64,000 nt of DNA from Mytilus californianus (taxonomy: Eukaryota), in contig NW_026262679.1 of assembly GCF_021869535.1 (NCBI RefSeq), forward strand, positions 101,060,001 through 101,124,000, read 5' to 3'. Positions 63,720 through 64,000 of this stretch are shown piece by piece (positions within the stretch are counted from its first letter, which is position 1; every line of letters starts with the position of its first letter). The notes beneath the pieces were generated by a model. The model did not search any database. It was not told the origin of the DNA and was given only the letters and a program-made list of their open reading frames with translations. The translations under genes and the position numbers were made by a program.

Positions 63720-64000
63720 TATCTGAGAGACAGTTTGAGTAAACGCATTTACTTGCAATCTGTCAGTTGTTTTGGTCAGCACTTCTGTGCTGACATGAAT
63801 TGTCATTAGTATGGTCATTTCCTGTAAATTTCATGTTGATAAAATATTGAATAAATCTGAACACCAAGGTTTTTCTACCCTTGGCCATAGAAGGTCTCAG
63901 TGTTTCTATTTTCTAAATATTTGGTTTTCAATGTTCTCAAATTTGGTATTTGATTTAGCCGTTCAACTGTTTTGATTCGAGCGCTACTGATGTGGACAAA
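63720..64000 (+). repeat. Retrozyme-like repeat, degenerate, running off the window
   Basis: Ends ...ttcaactgttttgattcgagcgctactgatgtgg, which I read as a broken CTGATGA hammerhead core. Confidence 0.4.

Overview
AT-rich, intron-containing animal genomic DNA, inferred to be from a bivalve and very probably Mytilus, judging from its repeat families. By hand-splicing I reconstruct four apparently complete genes and one partial gene. Three are multi-exon genes on the minus strand: an 8-exon glycoside hydrolase family 1 beta-glucosidase (19319->8830, about 512 aa, with signal peptide, both catalytic Glu residues, a hydrophobic C-tail and one GC-AG intron); a 3-exon neuronal-calcium-sensor-type EF-hand gene (27393->24396, 192 aa); and a class A peptide GPCR of the CCAP/NPS/vasopressin type (63095->54541, about 353 aa). 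The first coding exon of a second NCS paralogue lies at 1592->1485. A 13-finger C2H2 zinc-finger ORF lies on the plus strand (42302-43753). The rest is mostly nested mobile DNA: Helentron-type HINEs, MITEs, SINEs, LINE and Penelope-like fragments, foldback hairpins and decayed hammerhead motifs. The most unusual signals are: (1) a decayed, in-frame copy of the TM5 exon at the very start of a GPCR intron; (2) a hAT-derived element and three related MITEs that all have 5-bp target-site duplications, one of them splitting a LINE reading frame exactly; (3) three templated fragments of a GH1 exon inside its own upstream intron; (4) an inverted duplication with a perfect hairpin at its symmetry centre; and (5) a 2.35-kb TIR element carrying a tandemly duplicated ORF-like segment I do not recognise. 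There are no CRISPR arrays, rRNA genes or bona fide tRNA genes. All coordinates were counted by hand and may be off by a few bases.
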